Positions 8,093 to 22,366 of a stretch of DNA of 64,000 nt are shown in pieces. The stretch is from Balanoglossus misakiensis. Lineage: Eukaryota > Animalia > Hemichordata. Location of the stretch: positions 11,859,309-11,923,308 of the forward strand of contig CM082591.2 in assembly GCA_040954595.2 (NCBI GenBank), read 5' to 3'. The position numbers and the translations under genes were made by a program. Numbering within the stretch: position 1 is the first letter of the stretch; the number at the start of each line of letters is the position of its first letter. Under the pieces are notes generated by a model. That model did no database searches and was not told the origin of the DNA. It was given only the letters and a program-made list of their open reading frames with translations.

Positions 8093-11000
8093 TCTTGTTT
8101 TATCATGAAATCTGACAATATCACGAAATCTGACTGTGGGTGGCACGACAGAATAAAACTGGTTTTCGTCTCAACTTTTGTACATGTAGTGACACAATGA
8201 AAGAATGACAGAGAAACTGCTAACAGACAGATTATTATATATTTTTTTACCTTTTCATGTCACTTTTATAAAACACTGCATGGCAACAAATGTGAACCAT
8301 GAACAATTTGCAAGACAATGAACTAGAAGTTGAACGAGATTTGAAGACCTGCTCTGGAAGTAATTGATTGACACTCACCCATGAGTAAGATTCCGCATGG
8401 GGCTGTGTGGCTTTCTTCAAGTAATTGTAGAATATATGTAACATGGATGTCAGTGTACAACGTGTTGGTCTGGTCGGCACTGGTGTCTCTACACAGCATG
8501 GAGCTGAGTATGGTGGGCCTTTCTACAATCAACTGAGCTAAATCCTAGAATCAGAAAGGCAGCAGTGAAGTAAAATCAAATATGTTTGTCAAAACAACAA
8601 CAACAATAACAACACACATAATCATATTCAAATAAAAATCACTTGGTTCATGCTTAGAACTTTCTATAAACTTACTCTTTTTTTTTTGCACATACTCCAA
8701 TGAAAATACTGTTTGATATATAGATCACAGACTTTTGCATTTTCAACTGTTTTTGTTCTAATACTATTTGTGTGTAGCCCTCACCCAGAACCTGTATGTA
8801 TGATTCACAATCATATGTCTTTATTTGTTTCTACCAGAGGTCTCCACGACTCATACTGGAAATACACAAATCATCATCTTACCAATGCAAGGTCGGCCAT
8901 TTCATGAAGCTGATTGGTCGAAGAATATTTGGAGAGGAATGTACGCACTGATGGTGAGTGGCTCTGTTTCCATCTGGCAAGCCTTAGGACTAACAGCACA
9001 TCGCTCACTGTGTTAAACGGCACAAAAGTTACAATTTCTGTCAAACTCTGCACCTATTCTAGTTTCCCCCCAAAAAATTCACGAAAATGGCAAGCTAGAC
9101 TTCAGTGTTATATCGAAATTCTACATTAAATTAAGCACTAAGCCTCATATATTGGCAACTCATTCTCCACATGAGGCATTTTCAGATCTTTACACGATTT
9201 TCTGTGTACAAAGATCAACCTGAAGAAGTATGATACAATTTCTCACCTAGTTGAGTCTGTCCTTGGTTTGAGTAACCAATCGATACATTTATGCAAAGTC
9301 TGCCAATTACTCTGGTGGCTCAACAGTGCCAGCAAATAAGCACTGCACGAACTTTGAACTTTGCCCTTTGTTCTGGGTTTGTGCGTCTTGACAAAGAGTA
9401 ACTGGTGTTGCAGTTGAGGGCAACTTTGCACAATCTCGGGGTCCAGGAGCTCCAGCCAATCAATAAGCAGCCCTGCCGTTGACCAGCCTAATTCGCATCT
9501 GTGTGTAATTAAAGAGAAATATACAGTCAGTGGAGTAAAGGGTATAACACAATCATACTGATGGAATTCTCACTACCTGAAATAGGTTTTTGCTACCTAG
9601 GTGAGTGATGAATAAAGGTCTAATGTCCTCTCTGATATAACATACTAGTGTATGGTAAATGTCTTTCAGAGATCTACACATTAAAGGGACAAACTCTCTA
9701 CAGTTAATTCATTTTGGGGAGATTTTTACTCTCATATCCTACAAACGGGATGGAAGTTGTGTGTGGTCGAACATTGATTCACTATATATCCACATGTAGA
9801 ATAACATAAATGGTGTCTTGTATCAAACATAATGTATGGAAAAAGGGCAGCGAGAGAGAGACTTTGTCCCTTTAAATATCATAGCTGGCATACAGTTATA
9901 AATATGCATTTTTTGATTTATGTCTTGCAAGTACAAAACTGTTCTTTATTAAAAAGAAATACAGACAAGGTGATCCCAGGAACATAAAACCCAAAACTCA
10001 AAGCTACCAGACAGATGAGTCTTGAGATAAACTTGGACTTACTTGTCAATCAATCTGGACTGCTCTTGTAACAACAACTCACTCAATGCTTCACTGGTGC
10101 TGGATGATTTTGTTGGCACTTGCATAGCAACAGATAAGGCTTTATTCAGAAACTCTTCTAGTTGGCTGGAATTGGCGCCTGTCAGCTGGTGATACACTGC
10201 ATATGGTGCAAAGTCAAACAAAATTCACCCAATCATAAAATGTATCATTAACATGATCATACCATAAAAAATGTGAATGAATTACAATTATAGCGTGCGC
10301 ATATTGAATCATACGAAATCACACCAAATAACGCGAGACTTAGAAATAACATTACATGTGTATGGTGCCACTTAAACGACACCATTTATTCTTTTGGAGC
10401 CTAAATCATGTTTAACCACAACTAGACAACCACAATGACCTTGTGAGAATGAAACCCACCAATAAATACATGTAGATAATCTGAAGCTATCACAGAAACA
10501 GAATGTCTTTGACAAAGTATTGCAAAGCCTTCAGTTGACCGCGAAAAAGTTGACGAAGCATGCATGTGGAAAGTGGAGTGTTGACAACAATGTGAATATA
10601 TGCACGATAGCTTGCTGCGCTCGCACTCAGGTCAAACCTGTTACATATTACCAAAAATGTGGATCTATATAATTAACATTGGGTCCGTTCCTTCTTATCC
10701 CACTCGTGTTTCTGTTTGTTTGGTGAGAATATCTAATAGGTTAGCCCCTTTCACTCCCAGTTCCTTCTTTAGAGGTCCAACCTTACCATAGAAAACGATG
10801 GGTTTGGACTGGAACATGGCGGTGAAAGGGTTCAGGTGCTTGAGGGAGTGTTAAAAATGCAGACTTTACCTTTCTATAACATGTCTCTATCTACAGCCAT
10901 CCGTCCCTCAGTGACGGCTTCAATGATTTCACTCACTTCATCCAAGTTGCCACCACTGGCTTTGATGGGACTTTTCTCACTGCTCAGGGATTTCGCTGGA

Positions 11001-14000
11001 AGGAAGGACGTAAGACTGGAATTAAGGCATACGTCCCTACATAAAGGGAGGACATTTGGACATGATACCACAAATGGTTAATGGAGTTTCTGGGAAGGTT
11101 TTCAAATTCCAGGAATTTCCAGGAGTGTACGAATCCAGTTAAGAATTCTTTATGTCATGTGATCTGGCCATGTGACCTGCAGCATTGTCATTTCCAGGTG
11201 ACGGCAAACAACATAGTGGCATCCAGTAAAAGTTTTCCACGTATGTAAGTACTTAAGAACCGCCAGACATGTAACATGTATCAGGTATAGTACCTCATCA
11301 GCCTCATGGCATTTTGTCTGCACAGTCTTTGTCTGCACCACGTTGCTGAAGTTGCCTGTCATCTGGAAAATTGAATGCCAACGTATTTGCGCTTGAGCGC
11401 GTCTGGCGTCTTTTGATATCAAAGAATAAATGCATTGTACAAACTTGAAAGTATGTAGAATTTTTCTATTTATCCTGTGTGATATAGTGAAAACGCTCAA
11501 GTTACAGGTAAGTGAAATAAACAGCTCACCTTGTTGTCTGTTGACTTTTTCATACTGGTTGAGAAGTTTTGTAAACACACTGTTTTCAGACTTTGATGAA
11601 CTCAAAATTGCAGACACTAGCTGGACAAATCTCATCATATCTTCCTTCTTTTCAAGATGTTTCTAAATGATATAAAGGAGTGAGAGTGAGAATTGTGCAT
11701 GATTATGTCAGTTTTGAACTTTCATGTCTGTTTTGGACTGAGAGCTGTTGAATGAGAGAGAGAGAGGGAGAGAGAGATCGCGCTCGAACAATCAGGGGGT
11801 CACGCAGACGTAATCTTTTCATTGGCGTGATACTGATATCACCACGTAACTTGCAATTCCCAAGAGTGCGACTGTACGTACGTAAACTGTATCAAATTCA
11901 ACTCATTCACGTCATATGAGAGGAGGTATACCGTGCGAATGCGAGCGCTGGGGGAACCGGGTACCGCCTACTTGAAATGGACCTCTTCCCTTAGTGAAGT
12001 CAAATAATCATAATTATCTATCATGTAAGAAGTCAAAAATGTAAGAGAATGTTTTAATAAATATGTCAACTTATTATTTATATTCCCCTGTAAATGTCTC
12101 ATAATTTGAGGAATAATATTTTGGAAGCTGAACGGAAGTTGCAACTCAAATCAAATTTCAACTTCTCCAATATATGGAATAACACTATAAGCCTACTGAC
12201 TTGAGAAACTCAAATTGAATTTCAAATTCTCGAACAAACGAAAATATGTTTGAATGTAAGTAATCTTACTATAAAATTGACATGCAATTACCTGTCGTTG
12301 GTGAAGCAAACTGAACAATGGACATGACAAATGATGTTTTCTGTGTAGATTATAAAAAAACTGACTCTCATCACTTGATGTTAGGATTTCTTGCATTGCC
12401 AGAATGATGTGATCACCAGAATTCTCTGATGAATCAAACAATTTCAGCCTGGAGATTTCCCTGGACAGTGTCTGTGTGAGAAATGATGGCAAAATATTAA
12501 TATCATTTATTAGGAAACCTGGCCAGTCACTGAGAAATCTGTCGGCCTTTACAAAGTATAGTTCATAATCTTCTCATAAAATGATAAAGTTGCCGCAAAG
12601 GTATACAGTCACCTATAATTTACATACGCCCATATATGGCTGAAATGGCGTATTTGAGCGTTCTAAAGGACATATGGCGGCGCTCTTTTTTTCGCGTGTG
12701 CCACCCACTGAAAATCTGTGATTGGCTAGATCTCAAGTTTACCATGGTAACTGTAGTTAAATTACCATAGGTGACAATATACCTTAACATATCATATTTC
12801 TTCTGGGAAGTGTAATTGTTTTAAGATCAAATATTACATGTACATACCAATTGTATGCCTCTCAGATATTGTCTTTCCGTTGATGCAATCAATTTGTGCT
12901 CACCAATACTGAATAGCTGTAAATATAATCAAAGGAGAAGAAATCACTCACTCATTAGCAATGATACTGCAAAAGTGGAAGTGACTGATTTTGAGTATGA
13001 AGTTGGAAAAGAGTCCCAGTACAGTGTAGAGAGGTTTCCAGATTAGGTAGATTTTGCTGTCCAACCATTTTCACACAACGGCCATAAAACTTAAAGAAGA
13101 ACTATTAAATTACCCAGCCTGATAAGTTTTGTGGTGTTTGGAAAGTCGTCCATGTCTGATGACACAAGATCAGCTTTTGATTGTAACATGAGACATGATC
13201 AGTTGTGTTTTGGTTCAAAAGAACATGACCTGGTTTAAGAAGCCTTGCAACTTCAGGTGACTACAGAAGGAGCTATACTGTGCCCATTGGCCTTGATTTG
13301 ACTGAGAAACCATGATTTACTGAAAAGCCACTTGGAAAAGGGTCCACTTTATTTCTAAACCAAACTTACCTTCAGGAAGATCATCTTGGCTGACTCTTGA
13401 CTATCTACAGTGACTTTTCTTGCATCCATCTTGGCTGCAACATCTTTCTTTTCATCCACCTGCATTGCCTCACTTTTCTCCTCTTTCTTTTCCTCATCTG
13501 CAAATAAAAATTGTGTTATGTCCAGGAAATATTATTTACTTTCTGAGAAGAAACTGGAATATCTAGCTTTGCAAATCAGTTAGTGAAATAAGAGAACGCA
13601 AACAATTAATTGTCATGAAATAGTCACCTCTGTTAATATCGCGAAAAATTTCCCATCACAAAAATTACCAAGATTACAGTAACCTAAAAATATAAAATCC
13701 TAATAATGTCCAAAGTTGAAGAATTCTATATGTATGACTTAACTTTTGAGACACTATTTCACAACACAAATACTAGTACCTTTGTTCTCTTTATCCAGGA
13801 ATGAATTTTTTTCCACCTTCTGCTCCTCTCATCTGTTGAACTTCCACTAACTGAGCCATGTATCCTTTGTCAACCACAGCCTGTTCCATACTGTACAGAT
13901 CTTGTCTGCAGGCCATGTCGAGATGCTGCAGTAGTTTGCTGTGAAAAGAAACAGAAGTGTTACATGTGTATGTGTGTTACAGGGCCAGATCACGGCACAT

Positions 14001-15012
14001 CATGACAAAATCTTTGTGAATATGGTGCTAGCATCATGTTTATAGCAGATCATGTGTATTCATACTTGTGGGCCAAATGACCTTAATATGTGGTTTGTTG
14101 TATGACTTAATTATAACACACACACCCAGTTTTTTTAATAGTCCTGCTTGAAAGATCACAGAGTGTCTTTGGCTACTGAAAAGCACCACCACAATGAGAG
14201 ATAACTCACAACACCGAAGAGTAAATCTCTAAAGTTGTAATTTAAACCAAGTATGGAAATTGGGATGTACGGTAGCTTTGATGAGGAATAATTCTAGAGT
14301 TACAACATACCTCATGCTGTTGACTGGTATACCAAAGGACTGCACAAACAAGACCAACTGAGCTGGTTCCAAGTCTTCCAGGGCTGAAAAAAATGACAAA
14401 TTCAGGATGAAAACAACAAAAGTTTGGTGAGAAAAGATCCCAAGTTGAATTGACACACAGATTGGCAGATATTTCCACGAAATATCACATGTAAATGGTG
14501 CAACAACAGATTAACCGATCAGGCCATGACAAATACTGCACCTCTTCACAAAAACTGCTGGGTTGCAATTTATAGCATAAAATTACTGTAAAACAGGAAA
14601 TTTTTGTGATATCACAAGAGAGCTGACTATTCCATTGCTCACATTGTTTCTTTGCGACCATTTATTTTCACGTTTTTTGGCTCTCACGAAATTCGCAAAA
14701 ATTTCCCCTTTTACAATAGTATGGTTGGATCTATACAATGTATACATTGAATGGGGATGAACACTGGACAGTGGAGCATTCTATATTAAAATTTGGGAAA
14801 ACATTGAAGCCATATTAAGGTCATACTTGATTAAGCTGAAAGACGGCACAGAATAAATTTGAAATTCAATTGGCTACAAAAATTGACTTTTCTGCCATTC
14901 TGAGATCTCCATGCTGAGCTCAATTATGTTGCTGCTTCATATAGTGGTCAGCAATAAAAACTTACTACTGTTACAGTGGTTATACATGTAACTCTTATTA
15001 AATGTTTTTTTT
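8093..15012. repeat. Unit 2 (long type), 6920 bp
   Basis: Anchor at 8093 and 15013. Private 37-bp deletion at 11507. Confidence 0.95.
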
Positions 15013-15876
15013 TCTTGTTTTATCATGAAATCTGACAATATCACGAAATCTGACTGTGGGTGGCACGACAGAATAAAACTGGTTTTCGTCTCAACTTTTG
15101 TACATGTAGTGACACAATGAAAGAATGACAGAGAAACTGCTAACAGACAGATTATTATATATTTTTTTACCTTTTCATGTCACTTTTATAAAACACTGCA
15201 TGGCAACAAATGTGAACCATGAACAATTTTGAAGACCTGCTCTGGAAGTAATTGATTGACACTCACCCATGAGTAAGATTCCGCATGGGGCTGTGTGGCT
15301 TTCTTCAAGTAATTGTAGAATATATGTAACATGGATGTCAGTGTACATAGTGTTGGTCTGGTCGGCACTGGTGTCTCTACACAGCATGGAGCTGAGTATG
15401 GTGGGCCTTTCTACAATCAACTGAGCTAAATCCTAGAATCAGAAAGGCAGCAGTTTGTCAAAACAACAACAACAATAACAACACACATAATCATATTCAA
15501 ATAAAAATCACTTGGTTCATGCTTAGAACTTTCTATAAACTTACTCCTTTTTTTTTGCACATACTCCAATGAAAATACTGTTTGATATATAGATCACAGA
15601 CTTTTGCATTTTCAACTGTTTTTGTTCTAATACTATTTGTGTGTAGCCCTCACCCAGAACCTGTATGTATGATTCACAATCATATGTCTTTATTTGTTTC
15701 TACCAGAGGTCTCCACGACTCATACTGGAAATACACAAATCATCATCTTACCAATGCAAGGTCGGCCATTTCATGAAGCTGATTGGTCGAAGAATATTTG
15801 GAGAGGAATGTACGCACTGATGGTGAGTGGCTCTGTTTCCATCTGGCAAGCCTTAGGACTAACAGCACATCGCTCA
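9247..15876 (-). pseudogene. INTS1: Partial INTS1 pseudogene copy B
   Basis: Same exons as copy A. Confidence 0.88.
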
Positions 15877-18800
15877 CTGTGTTAAACGGCACAAAAGTTA
15901 CAATTTCTGTCAAACTCTGCACCTATTCTAGTTTCCCCCCAAAAAATTCACGAAAATGGCAAGCTAGACTTCAGTGTTATATCGAAATTCTACATTAAAT
16001 TATGCACTAAGCCTCATATATTGGCAACTCATTCTCCACATGAGGCATTTTCAGATCTTTACACGATTTTCTGTGTACAAAGATCAACCTGAAGAAGTAT
16101 GATACAATTTCTCACCTAGTTGAGTCTGTCCTTGGTTTGAGTAACCAATCGATACATTTATGCAAAGTCTGCCAATTACTCTGGTGGCTCAACAGTGCCA
16201 GCAAATAAGCACTGCACGAACTTTGAACTTTGCCCTCTGTTCTGGGTTTGTGCGTCTTGACAAAGAGTAACTGGTGTTGCAGTTGAGGGCAACTTTGCAC
16301 AATCTCGGGGTCCAGGAGCTCCAGCCAATCAATAAGCAGCCCTGCCGTTGACCAGCCTAATTCGCATCTGTGTGTAATTAAAGAGAAATATACAGTCAGT
16401 GGAGTAAAGGGTATAACACAATCATACTGATGGAATTCTCACTACCTGAAATAGGTTTTTGCTACCTAGGTGAGTGATGAATAAAGGTCTAATGTCCTCT
16501 CTGATATAACATACTAGTGTATGGTAAATGTCTTTCAGAGATCTACACATTAAAGGGACAAACTCTCTACAGTTAATTCATTTTGGGGAGATTTTTACTC
16601 TCATATCCTACAAACGGGATGGAAGTTGTGTGTGGTCGAACATTGATTCACTATATATCCACATGTAGAATAACATAAATGGTGTCTTGTATCAAACATA
16701 ATGTATGGAAAAAGGGCAGCGAGAGAGAGACTTTGTCCCTTTAAATATCATAGCTGGCATACAGTTATAAATATGCATTTTTTGATTTATGTCTTGCAAG
16801 TACAAAACTGTTCTTTATTAAAAAGAAATACAGACAAGGTGATCCCAGGAACATAAAACCCAAAACTCAAAGCTACCAGACATGAGTCTTGAGATAAACT
16901 TGGACTTACTTGTCAATCAATCTGGACTGCTCTTGTAACAACAACTCACTCAATGCTTCACTGGTGCTGGATGATTTTGTTGGCACTTGCATAGCAACAG
17001 ATAAGGCTTTATTCAGAAACTCTTCTAGTTGGCTGGAATTGGCGCCTGTCAGCTGGTGATACACTGCATATGGTGCAAAGTCAAACAAAATTCACCCAAT
17101 CATAAAATGTATCATTAACATGATCATACCATAAAAAATGTGAATGAATTACAATTATAGCGTGCACATATTGAATCATACGAAATCACACCAAATAACG
17201 CGAGACTTAGAAATAACATTACATGTGTATGGTGCCACTTAAACGACACCATTTATTCTTTTTGAGCCTAAATCATGTTTAACCACAACTAGACAACCAC
17301 AATGACCTTGTGAGAATGAAACCCACCAATAAATACATGTAGATAATCTGAAGCTATCACAGAAACAGAATGTCTTTGACAAAGTATTGCAAAGCCTTCA
17401 GTTGACCGCGAAAAAGTTGACGAAGCATGCATGTGGAAAGTGGAGTGTTGACAACAATGTGAATATATGCACGATAGCTTGCTGCGCTCGCACTCAGGTC
17501 AAACCTGTTACATATTACCAAAAATGTGGATCTATATAATTAACATTGGGTCCGTTCCTTCTTATCCCACTCGTGTTTCTGTTTGTTTGGTGAGAATATC
17601 TAATAGGTTAGCCCCTTTCACTCCCAGTTCCTTCTTTAGAGGTCCAACCTTACCATAGAAAACGATGGGTTTGGACTGGAACATGGCGGTGAAAGGGTTC
17701 AGGTGCTTGAGGGAGTGTTAAAAATGCAGACTTTACCTTTCTATAACATGTCTCTATCTACAGCCATCCGTCCCTCAGTGACGGCTTCAATGATTTCACT
17801 CACTTCATCCAAGTTGCCACCACTGGCTTTGATGGGACTTTTCTCACTGCTCAGGGATTTCGCTGGAAGGAAGGACGTAAGACTGGAATTAAGGCATACG
17901 GCCCTACATAAAGGGAGGACATTTGGACATGATACCACAAATGGTTAATGGAGTTTCTGGGAAGGTTTTCAAATTCCAGGAATTTCCAGGAGTGTACGAA
18001 TCCAGTTAAGAATTCTTTATGTCATGTGATCTGGCCATGTGACCTGCAGCATTGTCATTTCCAGGTGACGGCAAACAACATAGTGGCATCCAGTAAAAGT
18101 TTTCCACGTATGTAAGTACTTAAGAACCACCAGACATGTAACATGTATCAGGTATAGTACCTCATCAGCCTCATGGCATTTTGTCTGCACAGTCTTTGTC
18201 TGCACCACGTTGCTGAAGTTGCCTGTCATCTGGAAAATTGAATGCCAACGTATTTGCGCTTGAGCGCGTCTGGCGTCTTTTGATATCAAAGAATAAATGC
18301 ATTGTACAAACTTGAAAGTATGTAGAATTTTTCTATTTATCCTGTGTGATATAGTGAAAACGCTCAAGTTACAGTTTGTGTATGGTTTTGAGAATTATTT
18401 CACTGCTTGAGGTAAGTGAAATAAACAGCTCACCTTGTTGTCTGTTGACTTTTTCATACTGGTTGAGAAGTTTTGTAAACACACTGTTTTCAGACTTTGA
18501 TGAACTCAAAATTGCAGACACTAGCTGGACAAATCTCATCATATCTTCCTTCTTTTCAAGATGTTTCTAAATGATATAAAGGAGTGAGAGTGAGAATTGT
18601 GCATGATTATGTCAGTTTTGAACTTTCATGTCTGTTTTGGACTGAGAGCTGTTGAATGAGAGAGAGAGAGGGAGAGAGAGATCACGCTCGAACAATCAGG
18701 GGGTCACGCAGACGTAATCTTTTCATTGGCGTGATACTGATATCACCACGTAACTTGCAATTCCCAAGAGTGCGACTGTACGTACGTAAACTGTATCAAA

Positions 18801-21800
18801 TTCAACTCATTCACGTCATATGAGAGGAGGTATACCGTGCGAATGCGAGCGCTGGGGGAACCGGGTACCGCCTACTTGAAATGGACCTCTTCCCTTAGTG
18901 AAGTCAAATAATCATAATTATCTATCATGTAAGAAGTCAAAAATGTAAGAGAATGTTTTAATAAATATGTCAACTTATTATTTATATTCCCCTGTAAATG
19001 TCTCATAATTTGAGGAATAATATTTTGGAAGCTGAACGGAAGTTGCAACTCAAATCAAATTTCAACTTCTCCAATATATGGAATAACACTATAAGCCTAC
19101 TGACTTGAGAAACTCAAATTGAATTTCAAATTCTCGAACAAACGAAAATATGTTTGAATGTAAGTAATCTTACTATAAAATTGACATGCAATTACCTGTC
19201 GTTGGTGAAGCAAACTGAACAATGGACATGACAAATGATGTTTTCTGTGTAGATTATAAATAAACTGACTCTCATCACTTGATGTTAGGATTTCTTGCAT
19301 TGCCAGAATGATGTGATCACCAGAATTCTCTGATGAATCAAACAATTTCAGCCTGGAGATTTCCCTGGACAGTGTCTGTGTGAGAAATGATGGCAAAATA
19401 TTAATATCATTTATTAGGAAACCTGGCCAGTCACTGAGAAATCTGTCGGCCTTTACAAAGTATAGTTCATAATCTTCTCATAAAATGATAAAGTTGCCGC
19501 AAAGGTATACAGTCACCTATAATTTACATACGCCCATATATGGCTGAAATGGCGTATTTGAGCGTTCTAAAGGACATATGGCGGCGCTCTTTTTTTCGCG
19601 TGTGCCACCCACTGAAAATCTGTGATTGGCTAGATCTCAAGTTTACCATGGTAACTGTAGTTAAATTACCATAGGTGACAATATACCTTAACATATCATA
19701 TTTCTTCTGGGAAGTGTAATTGTTTTAAGATCAAATATTACATGTACATACCAATTGTATGCCTCTCAGATATTGTCTTTCTGTTGATGCAATCAATTTG
19801 TGCTCACCAATACTGAATAGCTGTAAATATAATCAAAGGAGAAGAAATCACTCACTCATTAGCAATGATACTGCAAAAGTGGAAGTGACTGATTTTGAGT
19901 ATGAAGTTGGAAAAGAGTCCCAGTACAGTGTAGAGAGGTTTCCAGATTAGGTAGATTTTGCTGTCCAACCATTTTCACACAACGGCCATAAAACTTAAAG
20001 AAGAACTATTAAATTACCCAGCCTGATAAGTTTTGTGGTGTTTGGAAAGTCGTCCATGTCTGATGACACAAGATCAGCTTTTGATTGTAACATGAGACAT
20101 GATCAGTTGTGTTTTGGTTCAAAAGAACATGACCTGGTTTAAGAAGCCTTGCAACTTCAGGTGACTACAGAAGGAGCTATACTGTGCCCATTGGCCTTGA
20201 TTTGACTGAGAAACCATGATTTACTGAAAAGCCACTTGGAAAAGGGTCCACTTTATTTCTAAACCAAACTTACCTTCAGGAAGATCATCTTGGCTGACTC
20301 TTGACTATCTACAGTGACTTTTCTTGCATCCATCTTGGCTGCAACATCTTTCTTTTCATCCACCTGCATTGCCTCACTTTTCTCCTCTTTCTTTTCCTCA
20401 TCTGCAAATAAAAATTGTGTTATGTCCAGGAAATATTATTTACTTTCTGAGAAGAAACTGGAATATCTAGCTTTGCAAATCAGTTAGTGAAATAAGAGAA
20501 CGCAAACAATTAATTGTCATGAAATAGTCACCTCTGTTAATATCGCGAAAAATTTCCCATCACAAAAATTACCAAGATTACAGTAACCTAAAAATATAAA
20601 ATCCTAATAATGTCCAAAGTTGAAGAATTCTATATGTATGACTTAACTTTTGAGACACTATTTCACAACACAAATACTAGTACCTTTGTTCTCTTTATCC
20701 AGGAATGAATTTTTTTCCACCTTCTGCTCCTCTCATCTGTTGAACTTCCACTAACTGAGCCATGTATCCTTTGTCAACCACAGCCTGTTCCATACTGTAC
20801 AGATCTTGTCTGCAGGCCATGTCGAGATGCTGCAGTAGTTTGCTGTGAAAAGAAACAGAAGTGTTACATGTGTATGTGTGTTACAGGGCCAGATCACGGC
20901 ACATCATGACAAAATCTTTGTGAATATGGTGCTAGCATCATGTTTATAGCAGATCATGTGTATTCATACTTGTGGGCCAAATGACCTTAATATGTGGTTT
21001 GTTGTATGACTTAATTATAACACACACACCCAGTTTTTTAATAGTCCTGCTTGAAAGATCACAGAGTGTCTTTGGCTACTGAAAAGCACCACCACAATGA
21101 GAGATAACTCACAACACCGAAGAGTAAATCTCTAAAGTTGTAATTTAAACCAAGTATGGAAATTGGGATGTACGGTAGCTTTGATGAGGAATAATTCTAG
21201 AGTTACAACATACCTCATGCTGTTGACTGGTATACCAAAGGACTGCACAAACAAGACCAACTGAGCTGGTTCCAAGTCTTCCAGGGCTGAAAAAAATGAC
21301 AAATTCAGGATGAAAACAACAAAAGTTTGGTGAGAAAAGATCCCAAGTTGAATTGACACACAGATTGGCAGATATTTCCACGAAATATCACATGTAAATG
21401 GTGCAACAACAGATTAACCGATCAGGCCATGACAAATACTGCACCTCTTCACAAAAACTGCTGGGTTGCAATTTATAGCATAAAATTACTGTAAAACAGG
21501 AAATTTTTGTGATATCACAAGAGAGCTGACTATTCCATTGCTCACATTGTTTCTTTGCGACCATTTATTTTCACGTTTTTTGGCTCTAACGAAATTCGCA
21601 AAAATTTCCCCTTTTACAATAGTATGGTTGGATCTATACAATGTATACATTGAATGGGGATGAACACTGGACAGTGGAGCATTCTATATTAAAATTTGGG
21701 AAAACATTGAAGCCATATTAAGGTCATACTTGATTAAGCTGAAAGACGGCACAGAATAAATTTGAAATTCAATTGGCTACAAAAATTGACTTTTCTGCCA

Positions 21801-21915
21801 TTCTGAGATCTCCATGCTGAGCTCAATTATGTTGCTGCTTCATATAGTGGTCAGCAATAAAAACTTACTACTGTTACAGTGGTTATACATGTAACTCTTA
21901 TTAAATGTTTTTTTT
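15013..21915. repeat. Unit 3 (long type), 6903 bp
   Basis: Anchor at 15013 and 21916. Private 32-bp and 19-bp deletions near 15229 and 15453. Confidence 0.95.
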
Positions 21916-22366
21916 TCTTGTTTTATCATGAAATCTGACAATATCACGAAATCTGACTGTGGGTGGCACGACAGAATAAAACTGGTTTTCGTCTCAACTT
22001 TTGTACATGTAGTGACACAATGAAAGAATGACAGAGAAACTGCTAACAGACAGATTATTATATATTTTTTTACCTTTTCATGTCACTTTTATAAAACACT
22101 GCATGGCAACAAATGTGAACCATGAACAATTTGCAAGACAATGAACTAGAAGTTGAACGAGATTTGAAGACCTGCTCTGGAAGTAATTGATTGACACTCA
22201 CCCATGAGTAAGATTCCGCATGGGGCTGTGTGGCTTTCTTCAAGTAATTGTAGAATATATGTAACATGGATGTCAGTGTACATAGTGTTGGTCTGGTCGG
22301 CACTGGTGTCTCTACACAGCATGGAGCTGAGTATGGTGGGCCTTTCTACAATCAACTGAGCTAAAT
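16116..22366 (-). pseudogene. INTS1: Partial INTS1 pseudogene copy C (METEP exon deleted)
   Basis: Same exons. The 5' end is cut by the 962-bp deletion. Confidence 0.88.

Larger units (their letters stand above)
1160..9007 (-). pseudogene. INTS1: Colinear partial INTS1 pseudogene copy A (10 exons)
   Basis: The exon order METEP > DLAQL > ALEDL > SKLLQ > DEEK > LFSIG > TLSRE > KHLEK > GANSS > GLLIDW follows the INTS1 protein order. Confidence 0.9.
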
